In this document: positions 17,480-25,806 of the stretch, piece after piece
Position numbering within the stretch: position 1 is the first letter of the stretch
How the letters are laid out: the number at the start of each line of letters is the position of its first letter
DNA from: Parcubacteria group bacterium Gr01-1014_30
Lineage (GTDB): Bacteria > Patescibacteriota > Minisyncoccia > Minisyncoccales > 2-12-FULL-40-12
Assembly: GCA_007376185.1 (NCBI GenBank)
Contig: VMFS01000007.1
Coordinates: 1,390 to 65,389, forward strand
Reading direction: 5' to 3'
Length of the DNA: 64,000 bases
Notes under the pieces: model-generated
Told to the model about the DNA's origin: nothing
Seen by the model: the letters and a program-made list of their open reading frames with translations, nothing else
Databases searched by the model: none
Translations under genes and position numbers: made by a program

Positions 17480-19260
17480 ACTCAGAGGCCAAAACCTGCC
17501 AAAACTGCAAAAACGAGTTCGTCATTGAACCCGAGGACTTTAATTTTTATGAGAAAATCAAAGTCCCGCCGCCCACGTGGTGCTGGAAATGCCGTGCTAT
17601 GCGGCGTATGGCATTTCGTAATATGCGCCACATGTACGTTAGGAACTGCGATGCCACCGGAAAGAAAATATACACTCTAATGCCTCCTGGCAGCCCAATG
17701 CCGGTTTACAGCGACGATTACTGGAGAAGCGACAAGTGGGACCCAATGGACTACGGCCGCGAGTACGATTTCTCACGCCCTTTTTTTGAGCAAATTCGTG
17801 AGCTTTACAATACAGTTCCGTGGGGAACTATGTGGTCGATGGAAAAGGTTAACAGTGATTTTAGCTTTACAGCTTATTCCAAAAACTGCTATTTATGTTT
17901 TGATTCAGGCTATATAGAAGACAGCGCCTACAGCGTGACTTTGCTCTACAGCAAAAATTGTTTTGACATCATAAACGTGAAGGATTGCGAGTTTTGTTAC
18001 TACTGCATAAATACCAGCCAATCTTACAAAACGTTTTTTTCCAGAAACTGCGCTTCATGCGTTGAGGTGTGGTTTAGCCAGGACTGCGTGGGGTGCAACA
18101 ACTGTTTCGGGTGCAGTGGCCTTAGAAACAAAAGCTACTGTATTTTTAACAAACAGTACGATAGAGAAACTTACAAGGCCAAGCTTACGGAAATGAAGCT
18201 TAATACTTGGTCTGGCATTCAGTCTGCCAGAAAGCTGGCTCAGGATTTTTGGAAAAAATCTCCCGTAAAGTACTTCCACGGTGTAAAAGCGCTGAGAAGC
18301 TCCGGTGACTACCTTTATAATTGCACAGAACTTATCAATTGTTTTTTCGCCGGTAATGCGCAAAACATGCGCCATTGCCAGAGTGTTATTTTTCCTCCCA
18401 ACAAAGACAGCATGGATATTACTTCTTGCGAGGGAACCGATCTTGCCTACGAAATTTTGGCTGGCGGCCATGGGGTGCACAAAACGCTTGGCTGTGCGGA
18501 ATGCGCCAATGTAAGCGATAGTGCTTATGCCATAAACTGCAGATTTGTCAGCACCGTATTCGGATGCGTGGCCGTAAAGAGCAAAAGCTACTGCATATTA
18601 AATAAGCAGTATAGCAAGGAAGAATACTTTGAGTTGCTGCCGAAAATTAGAAACCACATGGATGAAATGCCCTATGTTGACGTTAAAGGTCGTGAGTACA
18701 GATATGGAGATTTCTTCCCGTTTGATATGAGTCCTTTCGGGTACAGCCAAACGCAAGCTTTTGAGTATTTTCAGCTCAATGAGGAAGAGGCTAAAAAACA
18801 GGGACTGCGCTGGAGAGAGAAAGAAAAAAGAGATTATACAATAACGAAAAGAGCAAATGAGTTGCCAGATGACATTAACAGCGTTGATGATAAGGTTATG
18901 GAAGGGGTTATTGAATGCGCGCACTCGGCGGACAGTGCTCATATTGCCGGTTGCGACATAGATTGCGCAACAGCTTTTCGTATAACTAAGCAGGAACTGG
19001 ACTTTTATCGTAAGTTTGAGCTTCCTTTGCCAAGATTGTGTTTTAACTGCAGGCATGTTGATAGGGTACAGTGGCGCAACATCCCAGCACTATATCACCG
19101 TCGTTGTATGTGTTTGTCTGGACAAGGGAGCGGCTATAAAAACGTTGCAACCCATTTCCATGGACAAGACCCTTGCCCTAACGAGTTTCAAACGAGTTAT
19201 GCACCCGGCCGCCCCGAAATTGTGTACTGCGAAAAGTGTTACCAAGCCGAAGTAGTTTAA
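17476..19260 (+). CDS. cysteine-rich multi-zinc-ribbon protein, paralog 1 (function unknown)
   Basis: 594 aa with 37 Cys by my count. N-terminus CQNCKNEFVIEPEDFNFYEKIKVPPPTWCWKCR; C-terminus HFHGQDPCPNEFQTSYAPGRPEIVYCEKCYQAEVV. Confidence 0.8.
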   Translation: MNSEAKTCQNCKNEFVIEPEDFNFYEKIKVPPPTWCWKCRAMRRMAFRNMRHMYVRNCDATGKKIYTLMPPGSPMPVYSDDYWRSDKWDPMDYGREYDFSRPFFEQIRELYNTVPWGTMWSMEKVNSDFSFTAYSKNCYLCFDSGYIEDSAYSVTLLYSKNCFDIINVKDCEFCYYCINTSQSYKTFFSRNCASCVEVWFSQDCVGCNNCFGCSGLRNKSYCIFNKQYDRETYKAKLTEMKLNTWSGIQSARKLAQDFWKKSPVKYFHGVKALRSSGDYLYNCTELINCFFAGNAQNMRHCQSVIFPPNKDSMDITSCEGTDLAYEILAGGHGVHKTLGCAECANVSDSAYAINCRFVSTVFGCVAVKSKSYCILNKQYSKEEYFELLPKIRNHMDEMPYVDVKGREYRYGDFFPFDMSPFGYSQTQAFEYFQLNEEEAKKQGLRWREKEKRDYTITKRANELPDDINSVDDKVMEGVIECAHSADSAHIAGCDIDCATAFRITKQELDFYRKFELPLPRLCFNCRHVDRVQWRNIPALYHRRCMCLSGQGSGYKNVATHFHGQDPCPNEFQTSYAPGRPEIVYCEKCYQAEVV

Positions 19261-19285
19261 GATACACGGGTTTCACCCGTGTATC
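19261..19285 (+). terminator. stem-loop after paralog 1
   Basis: gatacacggg-tttca-cccgtgtatc: 10-bp perfect stem directly after the stop codon. The downstream T tract is weak. Confidence 0.45.
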
Positions 19286-19332
19286 TTATGTATCACTATT
19301 TCGCCATGGTATTTTAGCGATATAATTTTAAC

Positions 19333-19373
19333 GGGGGCAGTTGTGCTAAGCCCGGCTTAGCACAACTGCCCCC
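19333..19373 (+). promoter_or_regulatory. 41-nt perfect palindrome in the predicted 5' leader of the MBL/ComEC-like gene
   Basis: gggggcagttgtgctaagcc-c-ggcttagcacaactgccccc, about 7 nt downstream of tataat (19321-19326) and 8 nt before ATG 19381. Confidence 0.45.
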
Positions 19374-19380
19374 GACGAGA

Positions 19381-20247
19381 ATGAGCAAAAGAAAGAATCC
19401 CGTTTTTTTGTTTTTGGCGGTTTTGGTTGGGCTTAACGCGCTGGCGTGGGCGGCGGTTTACGAGTTACGGAGCGGGGGACTGGAAGTTGTTTTTTTTGAC
19501 GTCGGCCAGGGCGACGCCACGCTTATTGAAACTCCCCAGGGCCACCACATTTTGATTGACGGAGGCAGAGATTCAACCATTCTGGAAAAACTGGGAAAAG
19601 AAATGCCTTATTGGAAAAGAAGCGTTGACTTGATTATTCTGACGCACCCCCATTACGACCACATGGCAGGATTTATAGAAGTTTTGAAGCGGTACAAAGT
19701 TAAAAATATTTTGTGGACGGGCGTTCTTTCAAGGGACGTAACTTTCAAAGAATGGCAAAAGTTAATTGCCAAAGAAGAGGGCAAAGTTTACATAGCTAAA
19801 ACCGGTCTGCAAGTTAAATCAGGAAAAGCTGTTTTAAAAGTGTTTTATCCTTTTGAGAGTTTTGAAAACCAAGAAGTTGAAGAAATAAACGACACTTCGG
19901 TTGTCGCCAAACTCATTTTTGGGCATAACACTTTTTTATGGACAGGCGACGCTTTCAAAGATCTTGAACTTGATTTAGTGCGAAAGGGGATTGACGTTGA
20001 TTCTGATGTTTTGCAGGCGGGGCATCACGGTTCCAGAACTTCTTCGGCTCCAGAATTCATAGAAGCGGTTTCCCCGGAAATTTTTGTGGTTTCCTCGGGT
20101 CGTAACAACGTTCACGGCCACCCGCACTCTGAAACATTGGAAACATTGGCAAAATATGATATAAAAGTTTTAAGAACGGATGAACTTGGCGACGTAAAAA
20201 TAATTTCAGATGGCCTCGGGCTGGTTGTAAAGTTTTCTAAAATATAG
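19381..20247 (+). CDS. MBL-fold hydrolase, ComEC/Rec2 C-terminal-domain-like, membrane anchored
   Basis: N-terminal TM segment. VVFFDVGQGDATLIETPQGHHILIDGG, HPHYDH and AGHHGS. Confidence 0.75.
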   Translation: MSKRKNPVFLFLAVLVGLNALAWAAVYELRSGGLEVVFFDVGQGDATLIETPQGHHILIDGGRDSTILEKLGKEMPYWKRSVDLIILTHPHYDHMAGFIEVLKRYKVKNILWTGVLSRDVTFKEWQKLIAKEEGKVYIAKTGLQVKSGKAVLKVFYPFESFENQEVEEINDTSVVAKLIFGHNTFLWTGDAFKDLELDLVRKGIDVDSDVLQAGHHGSRTSSAPEFIEAVSPEIFVVSSGRNNVHGHPHSETLETLAKYDIKVLRTDELGDVKIISDGLGLVVKFSKI

Positions 20248-20268
20248 TATTATCATTTATTATTACCT

Positions 20269-20862
20269 ATGCCAACGAATCTAAAAGCAGAAAAAACGGT
20301 TGTGATAATCAAGCCCGACGGCGTAAAGCGTGGTTTGGTTGGGGAGATATTTTCCCGTATTGAAAGAAGGGGGCTGAAAGTTATCGCCCTGCAAATGATT
20401 TGGGCCACCAAAAACCAGATTGACGGCCACTACCCAAAAGACGACTCTTGGATAAAGCGTCTCGGCGAAAAAACCTTGAATAACTACAAAAACTATGGTT
20501 TGGACGCCAAAAAAGAGCTGGGAACAGGGGATCCTCTAAAGATTGGCCAAATGGTGAGGGGTTGGCTGATTGACTATTTGACTTCGGGGCCGCTTGTGAA
20601 AGCTGTAATAAGCGGAATCCACGCGGTTGACATGGTGCGCAAGATTGCAGGCGCCACTATGCCCGCTCAAGCTGAAATGGGAACTTTAAGAGGCGACTTT
20701 TCAGTTGACGACGCCACTGTGGCCAACAAAGACAAACGCGCCATACACAATATACTTCACGCGTCTGAAACCCCCGAAGAAGCCGAACACGAACTGCAAT
20801 ACTGGTTCGCTCCCGAAGAAATCCACGACTATCGAAGAGCAGAGGAAGATATAATGTTTTAG
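20269..20862 (+). CDS. ndk: nucleoside-diphosphate kinase (long form with insertion)
   Basis: EKTVVIIKPDGVKRGLVGEIFSRIERRGLKV, GTLRGDF and the NILHASE active-site region. Confidence 0.8.
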   Translation: MPTNLKAEKTVVIIKPDGVKRGLVGEIFSRIERRGLKVIALQMIWATKNQIDGHYPKDDSWIKRLGEKTLNNYKNYGLDAKKELGTGDPLKIGQMVRGWLIDYLTSGPLVKAVISGIHAVDMVRKIAGATMPAQAEMGTLRGDFSVDDATVANKDKRAIHNILHASETPEEAEHELQYWFAPEEIHDYRRAEEDIMF

Positions 20863-21090
20863 ATGTTAATAAACTGTGGATTATTCGGTGAATTGTTCTG
20901 GATAGTCACCTTGACCGATACCGCTCGCCTGCGATAAAATAAAATTAGCCCTGGAACTTCCAGTTTAATTCTGGGACAAACACTTATTTAGGGAGTCGGA
21001 TATGCGCCCGGTCCCTGGACCGGGGCTTAGACACCCACCTTAGTTATTCTCCAGAAGAATTTTCTGGAAGACGGGGCTCAACTTGATAAC

Positions 21091-21116
21091 AAAAGCCGCG
21101 AATATACGCGGCTTTT
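21091..21116. terminator. bidirectional terminator hairpin
   Basis: aaaagccgcg-aatata-cgcggctttt, between convergent ndk and the CofE-like gene. A tract on one side, T tract on the other. Confidence 0.6.
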
Positions 21117-21121
21117 TGATT

Positions 21122-21871
21122 TTAAGCCCCTCCTTTTTGCCAGTCAACCGCTGAAAGCAAGGGAGACCATAAGTCGTCTTTTTTTTTGTTTACGCTAAAG
21201 CGGTTCAGCTCCTTTTTTGAGGGATTGGCTTGGCAAAAACGCAGCCGCGGCGTTTCTTGAATTACGGCAAAGGGAGTTTGTTCTGAACCCTCACCCATTT
21301 CCAGGACCGCCGCTGTTGCCAAAGCGTCGGCAACGTTTGCCATGGTCATTTTAAGTTTTCTGCCGAAAATATCTTTTTTCCCGATGTAGTTTTCAAGCGG
21401 CTTGAAGCCGCTGTAGGCGATTGCCACGCCGGTTGTTCCCCAGTGCAAAGGCAGGGTCCTGCTGTCCGTTATAATTACGCCGAGTTTTTTTATTTTGTGT
21501 TTTTTGCGCAAGTGCGCCCTTGCTTTGTTTGCCGTTTCCTGCGGATTTTCAGGCCAGAGAATGTAGTGGCCTTTTGCGTTTGATTCGTCAACACCCGAGG
21601 AAGGCGCCAAAACTCCGTTTTTGATTGTGAGCATAACTCCATATTTGTTGAGCTTTTGGGGCAGGTAGTATTCGGCTTCTTTTTTGATAATTTCTTCCTT
21701 TTTAGCTTTGTCTACTTTTACAAGACGCCCCTCGCAAATTGCGGCCACTTTGGATGTGATAGCAACTATTGAATCTTCTTTTAACTTCGGCAGATATTCG
21801 TCAAGCAGAGCCGTCAGATTTTTATCTCTGCTCGGAACAACCCTCCGCGTTTTAATTGGAATAACTTTCAT
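21122..21871 (-). CDS. CofE-like gamma-glutamyl ligase family protein
   Basis: 249 aa. KVIPIKTRRV...DSIVAITSKVAAICEGR and ITDS..LPLHWGTTGVAIAYSG resemble F420-0:gamma-glutamyl ligase-like proteins. Confidence 0.55.
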   Translation of the reverse strand: MKVIPIKTRRVVPSRDKNLTALLDEYLPKLKEDSIVAITSKVAAICEGRLVKVDKAKKEEIIKKEAEYYLPQKLNKYGVMLTIKNGVLAPSSGVDESNAKGHYILWPENPQETANKARAHLRKKHKIKKLGVIITDSRTLPLHWGTTGVAIAYSGFKPLENYIGKKDIFGRKLKMTMANVADALATAAVLEMGEGSEQTPFAVIQETPRLRFCQANPSKKELNRFSVNKKKDDLWSPLLSAVDWQKGGA

Positions 21872-22065
21872 TGTTTCAACTTTTTCTTTTTCGTCACCGT
21901 AATCGTAGATTACCGTTATTGTAGATTATTTTAGGAGTTTTTCAATAGGAAAAAGCAAGTTAGTTTAGCGCAGTAGCTTACCGTAGTTACCAGTTGTTTA
22001 CTACAGTAATTTACCATGGTATAATTCTGTAGTAAAGTTTGTAGACTAGCAATATGTAAATAACC

Positions 22066-22653
22066 ATGAGGGGTAAAGTAAAGTACTATTTTAGGAAGCC
22101 ACAGGGGGAAATTGCCAAAGACATTTTGCGTTGGCTTGCGGTGGCTGGAATGATGTATATAGCTATGGGCCACCCCCGTTTTATCCGCGCGATTTTAGGC
22201 GAGTGGGATAAGCGCAAGAGATACAAAATGCGAAGCAAGGAAGCGGCGTTTTACCGCATGCGCAAGCGAGGATTGATTACGGTGGAAAAGAAAGGGCATC
22301 AATATAGAGTTTCTCTTACGGAAAAAGGCCGCAAAATGGCAGGTTGGCTTCAGCTTGATTCTTTGCAGGTGAAGAGGCCCAAGAAGTGGAAAGGGGAATG
22401 GTATTTCTTGATGTTTGACGTGGCTCAGATTGTGCGTTGGAAACGCGACATTCTGCGCAGTTTTTTGAAGCGTATGAATTTTATGATGTTTCAGAAAAGC
22501 GTTTGGGCGCACGCGCACGATTGCCGCCCGGAATTGGAAGTTCTTAAAGAATTTTTAGGTTTAAGTGAGAAAGAAATAAAACTCGTCGTTATTTCTGATA
22601 ATGGATTTTCTCGAGAAGACTCAGCCGTGTTGCGGAAATTTTTTAAGGTGTAA
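22066..22653 (+). CDS. PaaX-like winged-helix regulator with Cas2-like C-terminal fold (putative)
   Basis: FYRMRKRGLITVEKKGHQYRVSLTEKGRK (wHTH), then KKWKGEWYFLMFDV...RDILRSFLKRMNFMMFQKSVWAH, the typical PaaX C-terminal pattern. Confidence 0.45.
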   Translation: MRGKVKYYFRKPQGEIAKDILRWLAVAGMMYIAMGHPRFIRAILGEWDKRKRYKMRSKEAAFYRMRKRGLITVEKKGHQYRVSLTEKGRKMAGWLQLDSLQVKRPKKWKGEWYFLMFDVAQIVRWKRDILRSFLKRMNFMMFQKSVWAHAHDCRPELEVLKEFLGLSEKEIKLVVISDNGFSREDSAVLRKFFKV

Positions 22654-23172
22654 CGGTGCTTAGTGAAATAATGATTTACTACATTAAAAAACCATGGGAA
22701 AATACTGTAGTAAAGGTAGTGGTTTAGATTACTTTTTAGCGGGATACAAGAATCGTAAACGTAAAAAATTTTATTTTCATCGTCATATCCCCAAAGTATA
22801 ATCCAGTGGCCTATGAAGTATGCGGTCAAAGAGCTGTATTTCCCGTTTTTAAGAAATCCATTTCCAATCCTAATCATAATCACGTTGTCTTTATTAATGG
22901 TTTTTTTTAGAAACTCCAACCTCTGCTTGTCTGATAAATTTTTGGCATTTCCTCTTTCAGCATTCAACCCATAAGACCTTAAAACTCTTGGCCAAGTGTG
23001 AATTCCTACCAACGATGCATACTTGCCTAAAATTGTTGGATTTATAGTCGCGCGGATGTTTTTTGTCGTCTTTGCCGTAAGCCGAAAGAATTGCTTTAAC
23101 AGAAAAAGCTCCGCATTGAGTAAAACCTTGTTCTAAATATTCTTTTGGAATGCGGGTCAGTATTTTTATCAC
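22491..23172 (-). pseudogene. C39-like cysteine peptidase, frameshifted
   Basis: ORF 22957-23172 carries the QCGAFSVKAILSAYG catalytic Cys region. ORF 22491-23012 carries GHWIILWGYDDENKIFYVYDS (His/Asp). The two frames overlap by 56 nt. The tail runs 163 nt antisense into the neighbouring gene. Confidence 0.45.
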
Positions 23173-23266
23173 ATCCGCATTTTACCTTTTATCGTTGGCA
23201 CGCACAAGTTGAAACAAGAACGAGTAGAGTTGACTGCACCGCAAATTTGAGATACAGTTAAGTGTA

Positions 23267-23743
23267 ATGCCGAATTTTTTGGAAGGTTATTTTTACAATC
23301 CGACAAAGGGCAACATAAATGTTTCTCAAGTGGTTGAGGAGATTTTGGGTTATATTGAGCAAAAGCCAGAAAAACTTTACGACATTGTCGTGGGTTGCGA
23401 TTCTTCATCTGGCGAGGAACCGTACTTCCCGGTGGCGGTGGTTGTTTTAAGGAAAGGGGAAGGTGGCAGGTTTTTTCTTAAAAAAATCGCCTATAAAAAC
23501 AGAAAGTTTTACACCTGGAAAACCAGAATTTTGGAAGAGGTTATGCTTTCTTGCGAGCTGGCCCTTATTTTGCGGGAAAGTTTCGGCGACAGAGTGCGTT
23601 ACATTCACGCCGACATCGGAGAATCGGGTGCCACCAAAGATATGATAAAAGAAGTTACCGGCCTTATTCGCGGCAACGGCTTTGAGCCGAAAATAAAGCC
23701 TGAGAGTTTCGCGGCATCCTCCGTGGCGGACAGGTACAGTTAA
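23267..23743 (+). CDS. RNase H-like YkuK (DUF458)-type protein (putative)
   Basis: 158 aa. YDIVVGCDSSS...FPVAVVVLRKGEGGRFF...HADIGESG pattern. Confidence 0.45.
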   Translation: MPNFLEGYFYNPTKGNINVSQVVEEILGYIEQKPEKLYDIVVGCDSSSGEEPYFPVAVVVLRKGEGGRFFLKKIAYKNRKFYTWKTRILEEVMLSCELALILRESFGDRVRYIHADIGESGATKDMIKEVTGLIRGNGFEPKIKPESFAASSVADRYS

Positions 23744-23744
23744 T

Positions 23745-25517
23745 ATGACCTCACAAGAACTGCGGCAGGAATTTCTAGATTTCTTTGCCAAGAAGGGGCA
23801 CAAGATTGTGCCTTCAAGTTCGCTGATACCCGATGACTCGTCGGTTCTTTTCACGACGGCCGGAATGCAGCAGTTCAAGCCGTATTATTTGGGAACAAAG
23901 TCCCCTTGGGGGCCAAACGTCGCCTCAATTCAGAAGTGTTTTCGCACTTCCGACATTGACGAGGTTGGCGATAGCACGCACAATACTTTTTTGGAAATGT
24001 TGGGTAACTTTTCGTTCGGCGGATATTTCAAAAAAGAGGCGGTTGAGTATGCTTATGAGTTTATCGCTAAAAAATTGGACCTGGAGATTGAGTACGTAAC
24101 TATTTTTGAGGGCGACTCTCAAGTTCCGCGCGACATAGAGTCGCGCGAAATTTGGAAAAAGATTGTCCCCAATATTCAAGTGCGCGAACAGGGCAGAGAA
24201 GATAACTTTTGGGGACCCACGGGTTTGACAGGCCCTTGCGGCCCGACAACGGAAATTTACGTAGCCAACTCAAAAGGCGAGCCCGTTGAGATTTGGAACA
24301 TTGTTTTTAACGAGTTTTACTGCAACGCCGACAAGTCGCTCGCCAAACTCGAAACTCCCGGCGTAGATACCGGCATGGGGCTTGAACGTTTGGCAATGGT
24401 CGCACAAAAAAAGCCGACTATTTTTGAGACGGATTTGTTCCAACCGCTAATAACCAGATTGCCAGCCAGCTTGCCCGAGAGGGATAAAAGAATATTTGCC
24501 GACCACGGCCGAGCGGTTTCTTTTCTTGTGGCCGACGGAGTCAAGCCTTCCAACAAAGAGCAGGGTTATGTTTTGCGTCGACTTTTGAGACGCATAATCG
24601 CTTACGGAACTTACTCGAAGAGAGCTTCGTTCTCTTCTCGACCTTCGCTTTTGCTACACAAAAGCTCGGTAGTAGAGGAAGATATTTTTGTTGAGGTTAT
24701 TAAAAACTATAATCTGTTTTATCCAGAGCTGAATCTTTCCACTATTATGGAGGTTTTTGCGCAAGAAAAAGAAAAGTTCGGCCGCACAATGAAATCCGGC
24801 CTCAAAGAGCTCAACAAAATGGAGTTCGTTGACGCCAAGACGGCTTTCAAGCTTTACGAAAGTTTCGGGCTGCCATACGAAACCATCAAAGATGTCGGTG
24901 GCAAGAAGGCCGAAGGCCTCAGCCGAGAAGGTTTTGATGAGGAGTTCAAAAAGCACCAGGAACTTTCCCGTTCATCTTCTTCGGGAATGTTCAAAGGCGG
25001 CTTAGTGGACCATGAGCCCCAAACAATCAAGCACCACACCGCGCATCATTTGCTCTTGGCGGCGCTGCGTCAGGTTTTGGGTTCTTACGTGGTTCAGCGG
25101 GGCTCAAACGTGAGCTCTGAAAGATTGCGCCTTGACTTTTCGCATCCGGAAAAATTAACCAAAGCGCGACTCGCTGAAATTGAGGAAATAGTCAATCAGA
25201 AAATTTCCGAGAGTTTAGAGGTAAGGAGGGAAGAAATGCCTAAAGCAAAAGCGGAAAAGTTGGGCGCTCTGGCTGAATTTGGGGCAAAGTACGGCGAAAT
25301 AGTGAACGTATATACTATATACAACAAAGACGGAACGGCCTTCTCGCGTGAGTTTTGCGGGGGCCCTCATGTTAAGAACACTTCTGAGCTTGGACGTTTC
25401 AAGATAATCAAAGAAGAAGCGGCGGGCTCTGGCGTCAGACGCATCAAAGCATCGATAGAGCAGTCTAAAGGGCACAGGATTCCGAACTATAATCAGCTTG
25501 AGAAGCGAAAAAAATGA
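23745..25517 (+). CDS. alaS: alanine--tRNA ligase, short form
   Basis: FLDFFAKKGHKIVPSSSLIP...LFTTAGMQQFKPYYLG, WGPTGLTGPCGPTTEIY, HHTAHHLL and CGGPHV. At 590 aa it lacks the usual C-terminal extension. Confidence 0.9.
   Translation: MTSQELRQEFLDFFAKKGHKIVPSSSLIPDDSSVLFTTAGMQQFKPYYLGTKSPWGPNVASIQKCFRTSDIDEVGDSTHNTFLEMLGNFSFGGYFKKEAVEYAYEFIAKKLDLEIEYVTIFEGDSQVPRDIESREIWKKIVPNIQVREQGREDNFWGPTGLTGPCGPTTEIYVANSKGEPVEIWNIVFNEFYCNADKSLAKLETPGVDTGMGLERLAMVAQKKPTIFETDLFQPLITRLPASLPERDKRIFADHGRAVSFLVADGVKPSNKEQGYVLRRLLRRIIAYGTYSKRASFSSRPSLLLHKSSVVEEDIFVEVIKNYNLFYPELNLSTIMEVFAQEKEKFGRTMKSGLKELNKMEFVDAKTAFKLYESFGLPYETIKDVGGKKAEGLSREGFDEEFKKHQELSRSSSSGMFKGGLVDHEPQTIKHHTAHHLLLAALRQVLGSYVVQRGSNVSSERLRLDFSHPEKLTKARLAEIEEIVNQKISESLEVRREEMPKAKAEKLGALAEFGAKYGEIVNVYTIYNKDGTAFSREFCGGPHVKNTSELGRFKIIKEEAAGSGVRRIKASIEQSKGHRIPNYNQLEKRKK
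24616..24665. repeat. in-frame twin-hairpin insertion inside alaS
   Basis: gaagagagc-ttc-gttctcttc and gcttttg-ctaca-caaaagc. Encodes SKRASFSSRPSLLLHKS in a region where E. coli AlaS has no such segment. Confidence 0.5.
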
Positions 25518-25615
25518 GATGATTTCAAGGCGCGACGACGAGACGTATCAGGCGGTCAGCGATACGTCAAGGAGGAGCAACGCAGAAATCAACCATCGAG
25601 CGTTAGCGAAGATAA

Positions 25616-25646
25616 GGAAGAGATTTATCTCTTCCGACATTTTTTC
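25616..25646 (+). terminator. hairpin plus T6 tract
   Basis: ggaagagat-tt-atctcttcc, then gacatttttt. Lies inside the complex inverted-repeat region downstream of alaS. Confidence 0.45.
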
Positions 25647-25806
25647 GCTTCCCCAAGGGCGGGCGAATTAGGGCAATATTCTTCGTTGCTCGTCGCTAGC
25701 GTATCTTGTTCAGATACGCGTCGCTCCTCGCGCCTATAATCTTGCCCTAATTCGCTCCGCTCAAGTGATTCTAGTTCGAATCCTGTACCCTAAAAATAAT
25801 GCTATA

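Noticed and set aside
17476-19260. The Cys-rich family might be radical-SAM/SPASM or ferredoxin-like iron-sulfur proteins.
   Set aside because: There is no CxxxCxxC radical-SAM motif and no CxxCxxCxxxCP ferredoxin motif. The cysteines are mostly in CxxC pairs and single repeated positions, which fits zinc ribbons or structural Zn sites better. This remains unverified.
23745-25517. The short AlaRS (590 aa) might be a possibly truncated gene.
   Set aside because: The catalytic, tRNA-recognition and editing-type HxxxH / CGGPHV motifs are all present and the ORF ends cleanly. Short AlaRS forms lacking the C-terminal domain are plausible in reduced genomes, so I do not treat it as a pseudogene.
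25770-25795. A T-loop-like sequence (agttcgaatcctg) might indicate a tRNA gene.
   Set aside because: The flanking bases do not form a T stem (tctag versus cctgt). No acceptor, D or anticodon arms can be drawn. I found no tRNA genes in the window.
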